A stretch of 24,000 bases of DNA from Chlamydia trachomatis (lineage in GTDB: Bacteria > Chlamydiota > Chlamydiia > Chlamydiales > Rhabdochlamydiaceae). The notes beneath the pieces are model-generated. The model searched no databases and had not been told where the DNA came from. It worked only from the letters and a program-made list of their open reading frames with translations. The stretch lies in NCBI GenBank assembly GCA_945875745.1, contig CAMCLJ010000019.1:4305-28304 (forward strand). Reading direction: 5' to 3'. This document shows positions 9,991-18,850 of the stretch, one piece after another. The position numbers and the translations under genes were made by a program. Within the stretch, counting starts at the first letter, position 1. Every line of letters starts with the position of its first letter.

Positions 9991-11163
9991 ATGTCTATCG
10001 CGATAAGAAAAGAAAATTCATTTGGCGTGGTCTTGCTCGTTGCAGGGTGTTGTATTGGCGCCGGCATGATTGGTCTGCCGGTCGTAAGTGCCGTATCGGG
10101 TTATTTACCTTCTTCAATTGCAATGTTTATATCGTATGTATTTACAACGGGAACCGGGCTGCTATTACTAGAGGCATCCGTTTGGTTTGACCATAAAGTG
10201 AACCTACTATCGATATCCCAGTTTGCCTTAGGTAAATGGGGTAAAATTGCAACAGGCGGGCTTTTTCTTTCGTTATTTTATGCCATTTTTATTGCTTATT
10301 TAGATGTGGGAGGTCATTTATTTAGCCAAATTTTAAGCTCTATATTGAGAGTTCCCGTTTCTAAAAATATAGGGATATTTACAAGCGCTATTTTAGTAAG
10401 CCTGATTATTTATAAAGGATTGCGCAGCGTTGATTGGATCAACCGAATCCTGATGATTGGTTTGCTGCTCTCTTATGTATTGTTAATGCTTGTAGGCCTA
10501 CCACATGTAAAGCCGGAAAATTTAGGACATGTCAATTGGAGAGCGTCATTAGGAACATTACCTATCTTGTTTATTTGTTTTGGCTATCAAAATTTAGTGC
10601 CGTCTTTAGCTTTTTATTTGCAAAAAAATGTAAATAAACTTCGCATGGCCATCATTGCAGGAAATATCATCCCCCTTCTTTTTTATCTTCTATGGAATTT
10701 TGTAGTTTTGGGAATGCTTTCAGAGCCTGAAACTGCTTGTAAAAATAGTATTATTGTGACAGAAGTCCTAAAATCAGCCAATAAGTCTGGGTCTATACTT
10801 TACTGGGTCAATGCATTTTCATTTTTTGCGTTATTTACCTCCTTTATAACAATTGCTGTTTCTTTTGTTGATTTTCTAAGGGATGGATTCCAAAAAAAAC
10901 CACATGATTTAGTTCTTCATGCTCTGGTATTATTGCCACCTCTGGCCATTTGTCTTTCCTACCCACGGTTATTTTTGCAAGCTCTTGATTTTGCAGGTGG
11001 ATTCCTTGATGTGATCTTATTTGGCATTCTTCCTGTCTGTATCGTTTGGTCCGGCCGCTATATCAAAGGAGCTCAAGGTCCTTATCAAGTAGCCGGAGGA
11101 AAAGGTTTTTTGATTGTAATGCTGTTTTTATGTTTTACATTTCTTTTATTAAGAGTTGTATGA
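9991..11163 (+). CDS. tyrP: Aromatic amino acid (tyrosine/tryptophan) permease, TyrP family
   Basis: 390 aa with about 11 TM segments; N-terminal GVVLLVAGCCIGAGMIGLPVVSAVSGYLPS and PILFICFGYQNLVPSLAFYL are typical of the TyrP/Mtr family. AGGA Shine-Dalgarno upstream. Confidence 0.88.
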   Translation: MSIAIRKENSFGVVLLVAGCCIGAGMIGLPVVSAVSGYLPSSIAMFISYVFTTGTGLLLLEASVWFDHKVNLLSISQFALGKWGKIATGGLFLSLFYAIFIAYLDVGGHLFSQILSSILRVPVSKNIGIFTSAILVSLIIYKGLRSVDWINRILMIGLLLSYVLLMLVGLPHVKPENLGHVNWRASLGTLPILFICFGYQNLVPSLAFYLQKNVNKLRMAIIAGNIIPLLFYLLWNFVVLGMLSEPETACKNSIIVTEVLKSANKSGSILYWVNAFSFFALFTSFITIAVSFVDFLRDGFQKKPHDLVLHALVLLPPLAICLSYPRLFLQALDFAGGFLDVILFGILPVCIVWSGRYIKGAQGPYQVAGGKGFLIVMLFLCFTFLLLRVV

Positions 11164-11351
11164 AAATTAACTCCATGTTCCATTTGGTGGCTCTGTCATG
11201 AAGGATAGGGGCTTTTGTAAAATAACATCTAAGGATGTTATATGCCAAAAGTGGTAAGCCAGAAGGCTAAAAGGGCTAGGCTCTCCACTACATGTACGCC
11301 AATAGAAGATGAGTCAAAGGGAAACTTACCGTCTTTTGGGGTAGCATCGAT

Positions 11352-11460
11352 AGATAATAAATCAGCTATTGACTTTAGACATCAATCTCTCACCCTTAAG
11401 AAATTCTTGTGGTTGGAGATAAACGTATTTTTAGTAGCATATTAAATTTATTTGAATATA
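11352..11460 (+). repeat. Upstream block of the tandem duplication, copy 1 (109 bp)
   Basis: Aligns without gaps to 12419-12527. The first 49 bp (AGATAATAAATCAGCTATTGACTTTAGACATCAATCYCTCACCCTTAAG) differ at one position; about 14 mismatches over 109 bp. Confidence 0.85.
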
Positions 11461-11499
11461 CGATTACATTATTCAGTTTTTCATTAGAGTGCTTTGAAC

Positions 11500-12186
11500 A
11501 TGTCTATCCGATCTTATCTTTCGTTCGTCCTTTGCCTTTTTATAAATGGAGTCTATGCTCATGCTGCTAAGCATATTCCAATCTCCAATGAATCAGCCTT
11601 TGGCTATATTTATGAAAATGGTGTGTGGGGTTGCGATGAAAACGGACATGGTAACTCAGGAACCGGATCAGATCCTAAAAATGCTACTGTCTATATCTCA
11701 TTTTTGCAGCAGTTTCTAGCAGACCATCAGATCGCAAGTGTTGTTGATTTGGGATGTGGAGACTTCAGGCTTGGCCGTTGCATTTGTTGGGATGGCATTG
11801 ATTATATAGGTATTGACGTAGTCGATTCATTATTAAATACAAACATAGAGAACTTTTCAGCATCTAATATTTCTTTTGCATTAGCTGATGGGGTCAATTA
11901 TCCCTTACCAGCAGCTGATTTACTTATCTGCAAAGATGTTCTGCAACACCTGCCTTTTGGAGATATTCATAAAATTATTAATCAATTTAAAAAATTTAAA
12001 TATTGTTTAATTATTAATGATGTCGATCCTATTACCCTAACTTGCAAAAACAAAGATATCGCTAGGGGAGGTTATCGCCAGTTAGACTTAACAAAGAGGC
12101 CCTTCCGATTGTCTGGCCACATAATTTTTCACTATATAAGCGATTCTGATAAAAAGCAAGTTCTCCTAATAAACAACAGAGCTTGA
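11500..12186 (+). CDS. Exported class I SAM-dependent methyltransferase domain protein
   Basis: Signal peptide-like N-terminus (MSIRSYLSFVLCLFINGVYAHA), SAM-binding motif I VVDLGCGDF, YIGIDVVDS, LLICKDVLQHLP, LIINDV, GGYRQLDL. ATG at 11500 preferred over TTG 11494. Confidence 0.75.
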   Translation: MSIRSYLSFVLCLFINGVYAHAAKHIPISNESAFGYIYENGVWGCDENGHGNSGTGSDPKNATVYISFLQQFLADHQIASVVDLGCGDFRLGRCICWDGIDYIGIDVVDSLLNTNIENFSASNISFALADGVNYPLPAADLLICKDVLQHLPFGDIHKIINQFKKFKYCLIINDVDPITLTCKNKDIARGGYRQLDLTKRPFRLSGHIIFHYISDSDKKQVLLINNRA

Positions 12187-12418
12187 TGATAGCCTTTAGC
12201 CAAAGAAAACCTGCCATTTTTTTGTTGTAACTTTGATCCACTCATCTATTAAACTTTTCCATGAAAGACCTAAGCCTTGCACAAGACCTCAAGCTTACTC
12301 AGGTCAAGGAGACCATGCCACTTTTCCCCGGTGGAGGATCCAAAAAAAGTCAGATTTACTGCTACTGACTCTTTGATTCTAAAAACGATAATTGCATCGA
12401 TTGGCTGAGATTATTCTT

Positions 12419-12527
12419 AGATAATAAATCAGCTATTGACTTTAGACATCAATCCCTCACCCTTAAGATTTTTCTTTACTGAGAGATAACCGTATTTTTA
12501 TTAGCACATTAAATTTATTTTAATATA
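12419..12527 (+). repeat. Upstream block of the tandem duplication, copy 2 (109 bp)
   Basis: See copy 1 at 11352-11460; offset 1067 bp. Confidence 0.85.
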
Positions 12528-12562
12528 GTCTTATATCGTTTGTTTTTATTAAGGTGGTTTAT

Positions 12563-13306
12563 ATATCTATCCGATTTTATATTTCGTTACTTCTCTGTCT
12601 AGCCCTAAATGCAATCTATGCTAATTTTGATAAGAATATTCCGATCTGTAATGAATTAGCCTTTGGCTATATTTATTAAAATGGTGTGTTGGGTTGCGAT
12701 GAAAATGGACAAGGCACCTCAGGTGGCGGATCGGATCCTAAAAATACTGCTTCCTATCTAGCATTTCTGCAGGAGTTTCTAGCAGACCATCAGATTGCAA
12801 ATGTTGTTGATTTGGGATGTGGAGACTTTAGGGTAGGCAATTCCATTTGTTGGGATGGGATTAATTATGGAGATATCGAAGTTGTAGAATCGGTAGTAAA
12901 TAAAAACTTAGAGAACTTTCGAGCATCTAATATTTCTTTTCAATTAGCTGATGGGGTCAATTATCCCTTACCTGGAGCTGATTTACTTATCTGTACAGAT
13001 GTTCTCCAGCACCTGCCATTCGCATATATTTATCAGATTGTTAGGCAATTTCGACAGTTTAAATATTGGTTTATTATTAACGATGTCAACCCTATTACCC
13101 TGACTTGTAAAAACAAAGATATCAATAAGGGCGGTTATCGACAATTAGACTTAACAAGGAAGCCTTTTCGCCTATCTGGGGAAAAAATTTTCCAATATGT
13201 AAGCGAATCTCATACCAAGCACGTTCTCCTCGTAGAAAATAAAGATTTTTCGTATTTCAACTCTTGGTTTTATTTTTTAAGTATTGTTCACTGCGAGCTC
13301 ATATAA
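12563..13306 (+). pseudogene. Decayed tandem paralogue of the exported methyltransferase
   Basis: Aligns in frame with 11500-12186, but the start ATG is ATA (12563-12565), a GAA codon has become TAA (12677-12679: GYIY*NGVLGCDENG), and the C-terminus runs past the paralogue's stop. The ORF 12686-13306 keeps VVDLGCGDF; about 70% aa identity by hand count. Confidence 0.75.
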
Positions 13307-13680
13307 AGATCCGTGAGATCCTCTCTGAATAAGCCAATCGAAGGTATGGCAGATAAACCTGCGCAGGCAGATTCAGAAGGAAAAAGATAACGCAGTTCAA
13401 GTATTTACTCTGATACATATCTAAGTTTTTTATACATAAGAAGGCTTGAAAGTTTATTTGACCCAAAGGCGATTTAACTATGTAGCGATTTTAATAGAAC
13501 TTGCTCACCTATTGAAATTAAATGTGTCCACATGAATATTTACGATCGCTTTACTAGTTATCAAAAAATCTTCTGATCTACTTTTAAACGAAGACTCGAT
13601 AAAAAAGTTTAACGATTGCAATTTAAATAAAACCTGTTCAAAATTCCTTTTTTTATACAGACAAACACCCAGGAAAATCT

Positions 13681-14244
13681 ATGGCGCAATATAGCACAGG
13701 AGACCTAAAACCCGGTTTTAAAATAGAAATTGAGGGTGAGCCTTATAACGTGGTTTCAAATGAATTTGTAAAACCAGGAAAAGGACAGCCGTTTAATAGA
13801 GTGCGGGTCAAGCACCTAAAAACAGGACGCGTCGTTGAAAAGACATTTAAATCAGGGGAAAAAGTCGATATCGCTGATATCGAAGAAACAAAAATGAGAA
13901 TGCTATACAAAGAAAATGATAGCGCAGTTTTTATGGATGATAACACCTTCGAACAAATCTCTGTACCCCTTACTCTTATCGGCGACAAAGAATGCTGGCT
14001 TCTGGAAGAGATCCTCTACGCAATCACTTTTTATAAAGGGCAGCCGATCGATCTAGAAGCACCTACATTTATTGAACTGACCGTTACAGAGACAGCACCT
14101 GGCATTAGAGGTGATACCTCAGGCAGAGTCCTTAAACCTGCTATTACTAACTCAGGAGCCAAAATACAGGTCCCGATTTTTATTGAAGAAGGACAGAAAA
14201 TTAAAGTGGACACTCGTACAGGAGAGTATGTCTCTCGAATCTAA
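13681..14244 (+). CDS. efp: Elongation factor P
   Basis: 187 aa; VVSNEFVKPGKGQPFNRVRVKHLKTG with Lys at position 34; C-terminal VDTRTGEYVSR signature. Confidence 0.96.
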   Translation: MAQYSTGDLKPGFKIEIEGEPYNVVSNEFVKPGKGQPFNRVRVKHLKTGRVVEKTFKSGEKVDIADIEETKMRMLYKENDSAVFMDDNTFEQISVPLTLIGDKECWLLEEILYAITFYKGQPIDLEAPTFIELTVTETAPGIRGDTSGRVLKPAITNSGAKIQVPIFIEEGQKIKVDTRTGEYVSRI

Positions 14245-15178
14245 AATCTCTCTTTTAAAAGACCGCGCTACGATGCTACATCAAGCGCGTCTTTTTTTTT
14301 CTACCTTAGATCTTTGTGAAGTAGATACCCCTATTTTAAGCTCCTCTGCCCCAATCGATCTGCATATCGATGTGATGACCACCCAAATGCACGATGGAAA
14401 AATAGGATACTTTCACACATCGCCAGAATACGCGATGAAACGGCTTATTGCAGCAGGAATCGGCAGCATCTATCAAATTAGCCATGTGTATCGTTTTGGA
14501 GAAGAAGGCAGGCTCCATAACCCAGAATTTACTATGGTAGAGTGGTATAAAATGTCGTGCTCTTTTGAAGAAATCATCAAAGACACCCTTTCATTTATTA
14601 AGCTATTCTTAAAGGAAATGCCAGTACAAGAAATGAGTTATAAAGACCTGATCTATAAGTTCACAGGTTTAAACTACATCACAAGCTCTACAGCCGACCT
14701 ATGTTATTATATCAAACAACAAGCGGGAGAGCACCCTAGCGATTTGCACTCGTGGGATAAAGATACCCTACTACAATATATTGTAAGCTTTTTTATTGAA
14801 CCGTCACTGGGTGATGGGAACCTTTTTGTTCTATCTTATTTTCCAGCAAGTCAAGCAGCACTATCTCAGCTAACACAACATCAAGATGATCTGGTAGCCG
14901 AGCGTTTTGAAATCTATTTTCAAGGTATAGAGCTGGCTAATGGATATCACGAGCTCACAGACCCAATAGAACAAAAAAGAAGACTTGAGTCTGCCAATAT
15001 TAAACGAGCAGCCATCGGTAAAGAGATTCTACCAATAGATCACCATTTTCTAGAGAGCCTTAAAAAAGGACTGCCTGATTGCTCAGGGGTAGCTGTTGGC
15101 TTCGATCGTTTAATGATGCTACGCCATAAGAAAAACACCCTTGCCGAGGCGATCCCTTTAGCGTGGTCTGAACTCTAG
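14228..15178 (+). CDS. epmA: EF-P beta-lysyltransferase / GenX-PoxA-YjeA family
   Basis: Class II lysyl-tRNA synthetase catalytic core without the N-terminal anticodon-binding domain: EVDTPILSSSAPIDLHI, YFHTSPEYAMKRLIAAGIGSIYQISHVYRFGEEGRLHNPEFTMVEWY, GIELANGYHEL, GVAVGFDRLMML. ATG at 14228 overlaps the efp end by 17 nt. Confidence 0.93.
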   Translation: MSLESKISLLKDRATMLHQARLFFSTLDLCEVDTPILSSSAPIDLHIDVMTTQMHDGKIGYFHTSPEYAMKRLIAAGIGSIYQISHVYRFGEEGRLHNPEFTMVEWYKMSCSFEEIIKDTLSFIKLFLKEMPVQEMSYKDLIYKFTGLNYITSSTADLCYYIKQQAGEHPSDLHSWDKDTLLQYIVSFFIEPSLGDGNLFVLSYFPASQAALSQLTQHQDDLVAERFEIYFQGIELANGYHELTDPIEQKRRLESANIKRAAIGKEILPIDHHFLESLKKGLPDCSGVAVGFDRLMMLRHKKNTLAEAIPLAWSEL

Positions 15179-16809
15179 ACCCATTTCTGAACAATCGGAT
15201 ATCTTCTGCCTACTGGAAAAGCTTTTTTACTGACACGAATGCCAGGGGGAGCTTGGCGCCTCTTATATTCTGCTTTATGAATCCGTTTTACTAAATCCAA
15301 GACAAGCTCAAGTGAAAGCTGATATTGCGTGGCTGTTTCCTCAGGCGATAAATAATCTTCGATATACCCCTGCAGCACTTTGTCTACGATATCATAATCA
15401 GGTAGTGAATCTGTATCTTTTTGATTTGGTTTAAGTTCGGCAGAAGGTGGTTTATCAATTGTTGACACAGGGATAATTTCCCTATTACGATTAATCCAGC
15501 GAGAGAGGGTATAGACCTGTGTTTTTATAACATCTGAAATGACACTTAATCCCCCGCACATATCCCCGTATAGGGTGCAATATCCCATTGCAAGCTCACT
15601 TTTATTACCTGTACTTAAGACCACGTAACCGAATTTATTAGAAAACGCCATAAGAATCATACCCCTTATACGGGCCTGCAGATTTTCTTCTGTTACATCT
15701 GCTACTCGATTTTCAAAATAGGGCCCGAGCAAATCTAAAAAAGATTGAAAAGGCGTTTCAATACTAACTTCTTCAAGGGTAATACCAAGATTTAATGCCA
15801 AAGATCTAGCGTCTTGCAAACTCTCAATAGAACTAAAACGAGATGGCATAGCAATAGCCACTACATTCTCCTTACCTAAAGCCTCTACTGCAATACACGC
15901 TACAAGAGCGGAATCGATCCCTCCAGATAAACCCAAACAAGCCTTTTTAAAGCCCGATTTATAAAAGTAATCTTTTACTCCAAGGACAAGGGCTGAGTAT
16001 AAATCATGAAGAGGATCATATCGCAATGATCCAGCATTAGCCTTTTGAGATAAATCTATAATAAGCTGATCTTCTTCAAACCCTTTAGCTATCTGACCTA
16101 ACTGTCCATCTTTATCCACATACATACTATATCCATCAAATACAAGCTGATCGTTGCCCCCTACCTGACAGCATAAAAGAATGGGGCACCCCAGCGTCTT
16201 GGCAGCCTGCACGCACACATGAGCCCTTGTATCTGGCTTTTGATAATGATAAGGGGAAGCTGAGAGGTTTAAGAGGACATCTGGATGGTGAGCTTTAAGA
16301 GCGCGGATCGGGTCATGGGCATAATGAGTTAAGTCTACACATCCTGCATGTCCCCAAATATCTTCGCAAATGGTAATGCCGTATTTAACCCCTTTATACT
16401 CCCAAATCTGAGTCTCTGTTCCCGGCTCAAAATACCTCCTTTCATCGAACACATCATAGGTAGGTAGCAACCATTTATCTTGAAACCCGATAAGCCTTCC
16501 ATTTTCAATCACAGCGGCGCTATTGAGCAGAGGTTTCTCTCCAGGCTGGGGATTCTTACGAATAACTCCTACAACAACAAATAAACCACTCGATGCCTGT
16601 ATAATCTGATCGAGGGCTCCTTTAATGGCTGCCACAAATCCCTTGCGAAGCAACAGATCCTCTGGCGGATAGCCACAAATAGCAAGCTCGGGGAAAAGGA
16701 CTACGTCTATGCCCTGATCTCTGGCACTGCTTAAACATTCAATAATTTTTTTGGTATTGCCAGCGATATCCCCGATAGTTGGATTAAGCTGGCTCATAAG
16801 AACTTTCAT
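15175..16809 (-). CDS. nadE: Glutamine-dependent NAD+ synthetase
   Basis: 544 aa: N-terminal nitrilase-like amidase domain (VVLFPELAICGYPPEDLLLR, KYGITICEDIW) and C-terminal synthetase domain (ACLGLSGGIDSALVACIA, VLSTGNKSELAMGYCTLYGD). Confidence 0.96.
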   Translation of the reverse strand: MKVLMSQLNPTIGDIAGNTKKIIECLSSARDQGIDVVLFPELAICGYPPEDLLLRKGFVAAIKGALDQIIQASSGLFVVVGVIRKNPQPGEKPLLNSAAVIENGRLIGFQDKWLLPTYDVFDERRYFEPGTETQIWEYKGVKYGITICEDIWGHAGCVDLTHYAHDPIRALKAHHPDVLLNLSASPYHYQKPDTRAHVCVQAAKTLGCPILLCCQVGGNDQLVFDGYSMYVDKDGQLGQIAKGFEEDQLIIDLSQKANAGSLRYDPLHDLYSALVLGVKDYFYKSGFKKACLGLSGGIDSALVACIAVEALGKENVVAIAMPSRFSSIESLQDARSLALNLGITLEEVSIETPFQSFLDLLGPYFENRVADVTEENLQARIRGMILMAFSNKFGYVVLSTGNKSELAMGYCTLYGDMCGGLSVISDVIKTQVYTLSRWINRNREIIPVSTIDKPPSAELKPNQKDTDSLPDYDIVDKVLQGYIEDYLSPEETATQYQLSLELVLDLVKRIHKAEYKRRQAPPGIRVSKKAFPVGRRYPIVQKWV

Positions 16810-16893
16810 AGGATCCCTTTTATACCCTTATATTTAAGGTATGTAGTCTAAAAGATTTTTAAACAAGCGGTAATATTATTCTAAATGCAGGGA

Positions 16894-16922
16894 TTGCAGT
16901 TTTTAGAAAAAGGGGCTATACT
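16894..16922 (+). promoter_or_regulatory. Strong candidate primary-sigma promoter for htpG
   Basis: TTGCAG (16894-16899), 17-nt spacer, TATACT (16917-16922); followed by AAGGAG (16947-16952) and ATG at 16959. Confidence 0.65.
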
Positions 16923-16958
16923 AGTAAATTCCAATAAAATTTTACCAAGGAGCGGTAT

Positions 16959-18797
16959 ATGAATAAAAAAACGCTAAAAGTTCACACAGAAAACATACTT
17001 CCTATTATCAAAAAATGGCTGTACTCGGATAAAGACATTTTTGTAAGGGAGCTTGTATCCAATGCCTGTGATGCCCTTAGTAAATGTAAAACTCTTCGTG
17101 AAGAGGGGCTCCTTACAGTAAATGATGATGAGCTAAAGATCGAATTATTCCTCGATAAAGAAACCAAGACCCTGCGTTTTGTCGATACCGGTATCGGTAT
17201 GACAGCAGAAGAAGTTGAGAAATACATCGCGCAACTAGCTTTTTCCGGAGCAGAAGAATTCGTAAGCAAATATAAATCAGACAACGAAAAAGAACAGATC
17301 ATTGGTCATTTTGGACTTGGATTTTACTCTGCTTATATGGTGGCAAGTCAGGTAACTATTGACACCCTATCTTATCAAGAAGGAGCAAGCTCCGCGCTTT
17401 GGTCTTGCGATGGAGGAATTGAATACGATCTGAAAGAAGGGGCCAGAGCTGAAAGAGGAACGGATATCACCCTACATATCGGTGATGATAGCGATGAATT
17501 CTTAGAGGAACATAAAATCAGGTCCCTTTTAGAACAGTATTGTAGCTTTTTGCCTTACCCGATCTATTTGAATGGCGCTCACATCAATAAAAAAGAGCCT
17601 CTTTGGCTGAAAAGCCCATCTCAGTGCACTGAAGAAGAATATTTAGAATTTTATCGCTCCCTATACCCCATGGACCCAGATCCTTTATTTTGGATTCACC
17701 TGAATGTTGATTACCCATTCCATTTAAAAGGGATTCTATACTTCCCTAAAATTAATAAACGTTTTGACTGGAACCAAAGCAATATCAAACTGTTCTGTAA
17801 TAGGGTATTTGTATCTGACAACTGTAAAGATCTGATCCCTGACTACCTAATGGTATTAAAGGGTGCCATAGACAGCCCAGATATCCCTCTTAATGTATCT
17901 AGAAGCTACCTGCAAATGGACAGGACGGTGCGGCAACTATCCACCCATGTATCCAAAAAAATCGCAGACAAACTCCAATCCCTATATAACACAGAGCAAG
18001 AGAAATTCACCGTTAGCTGGGCAGATATTGAACTCATTGTCAAACTAGGTGTCCTGCAAGATGATAAATTTTATGAAAAAGCAAAAGACTTCTTGATTTG
18101 GAAAACAGTATCTGGTGAATGGATCACGACAGAGCAGTATGTAGAGAAAAATAAAGAAAAGGGTCTAGAAAAGATCTTTTATACCTCGTCTGATCCAAGC
18201 CAGCAGTCTGATTTTTTACATTTCTATAAAGAAAATAACATAGAAGTTCTATATTCAACTTCTCCTGTCGACACCCACCTAATGAACTTTCTAGAAGGAA
18301 AAGTGAGACCGACAAAATTCCAAAGGATTGATGGTGGCCTGGATGATTCCCTTTTGGATACATCGAAAGAAAACACAGTTTTAGATGCAGATGGAAAAAC
18401 AGCTTCAGCAAAACTTGCTGATTTTATCCGCTCATCCCTTACATCTTATGAAGTGGAGGTAGAAGCTAAGAGCTTAGCTTCTGATTCTTTACCAGGCTTT
18501 GTTTTAGTCGATGAAGATCTGCGAAGAATGAGGGATACTCTAGCACTATCTCAACAATCTTTTCCTTCCGGCATGATGGATAAAAAGAAGTTCATTGTAA
18601 ATACCAATAGTAAGCTCATGAACGCACTACCTCATATGGAAAGGAAAAACCCAGGGCTAGCAAAAGAGTTAGTGCAGCAGATCTATGAACTCTCTTTGCT
18701 TTCTCAAAGGGAATTAGAACCTGCGAAACTATCCGAATTTATTGATCGATCAAGAAGGGTGTTAGAACAGCTAGTAGAGGCAAGCTACAGCTCTTAA
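16959..18797 (+). CDS. htpG: Hsp90-family chaperone HtpG
   Basis: 612 aa; IFVRELVSNACDALSK, DTGIGMTAEEVEKYIAQLAFSGAEEF, GHFGLGFYSAYMVA, GVIDSPDIPLNVSRSYLQ. Confidence 0.97.
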   Translation: MNKKTLKVHTENILPIIKKWLYSDKDIFVRELVSNACDALSKCKTLREEGLLTVNDDELKIELFLDKETKTLRFVDTGIGMTAEEVEKYIAQLAFSGAEEFVSKYKSDNEKEQIIGHFGLGFYSAYMVASQVTIDTLSYQEGASSALWSCDGGIEYDLKEGARAERGTDITLHIGDDSDEFLEEHKIRSLLEQYCSFLPYPIYLNGAHINKKEPLWLKSPSQCTEEEYLEFYRSLYPMDPDPLFWIHLNVDYPFHLKGILYFPKINKRFDWNQSNIKLFCNRVFVSDNCKDLIPDYLMVLKGAIDSPDIPLNVSRSYLQMDRTVRQLSTHVSKKIADKLQSLYNTEQEKFTVSWADIELIVKLGVLQDDKFYEKAKDFLIWKTVSGEWITTEQYVEKNKEKGLEKIFYTSSDPSQQSDFLHFYKENNIEVLYSTSPVDTHLMNFLEGKVRPTKFQRIDGGLDDSLLDTSKENTVLDADGKTASAKLADFIRSSLTSYEVEVEAKSLASDSLPGFVLVDEDLRRMRDTLALSQQSFPSGMMDKKKFIVNTNSKLMNALPHMERKNPGLAKELVQQIYELSLLSQRELEPAKLSEFIDRSRRVLEQLVEASYSS

Positions 18798-18805
18798 TAT
18801 CGATC

Positions 18806-18839
18806 GCGGCAGCTGGACCTGTCCAAGCTGCCGCCTTTT
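18806..18839 (+). terminator. Strong GC-rich hairpin terminator between convergent htpG and the phosphoesterase gene
   Basis: GCGGCAGCTGGACCTGTCCAAGCTGCCGC (near-perfect stem with a one-base bulge) followed by CTTTT, 8 nt after the htpG stop. May act in both directions. Confidence 0.7.
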
Positions 18840-18850
18840 AACTCTATATC

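Noticed and set aside
12686-13306. Treating the 206-aa ORF as an intact cytoplasmic methyltransferase gene
   Set aside because: The in-frame upstream sequence aligns to the signal peptide of copy 1 with a lost ATG and a nonsense codon, and the start would be a GTG without a clear SD. Degeneration is the simpler reading, though residual function cannot be excluded.
11164-13680. Search for a mobile element, toxin-antitoxin or defence system around the methyltransferases
   Set aside because: No transposase, integrase, restriction endonuclease, toxin or terminal inverted repeats could be read. The methyltransferase motifs are not those of a DNA restriction-modification enzyme (no DPPY/NPPY or PCQ motif), so a defence role is unsupported.
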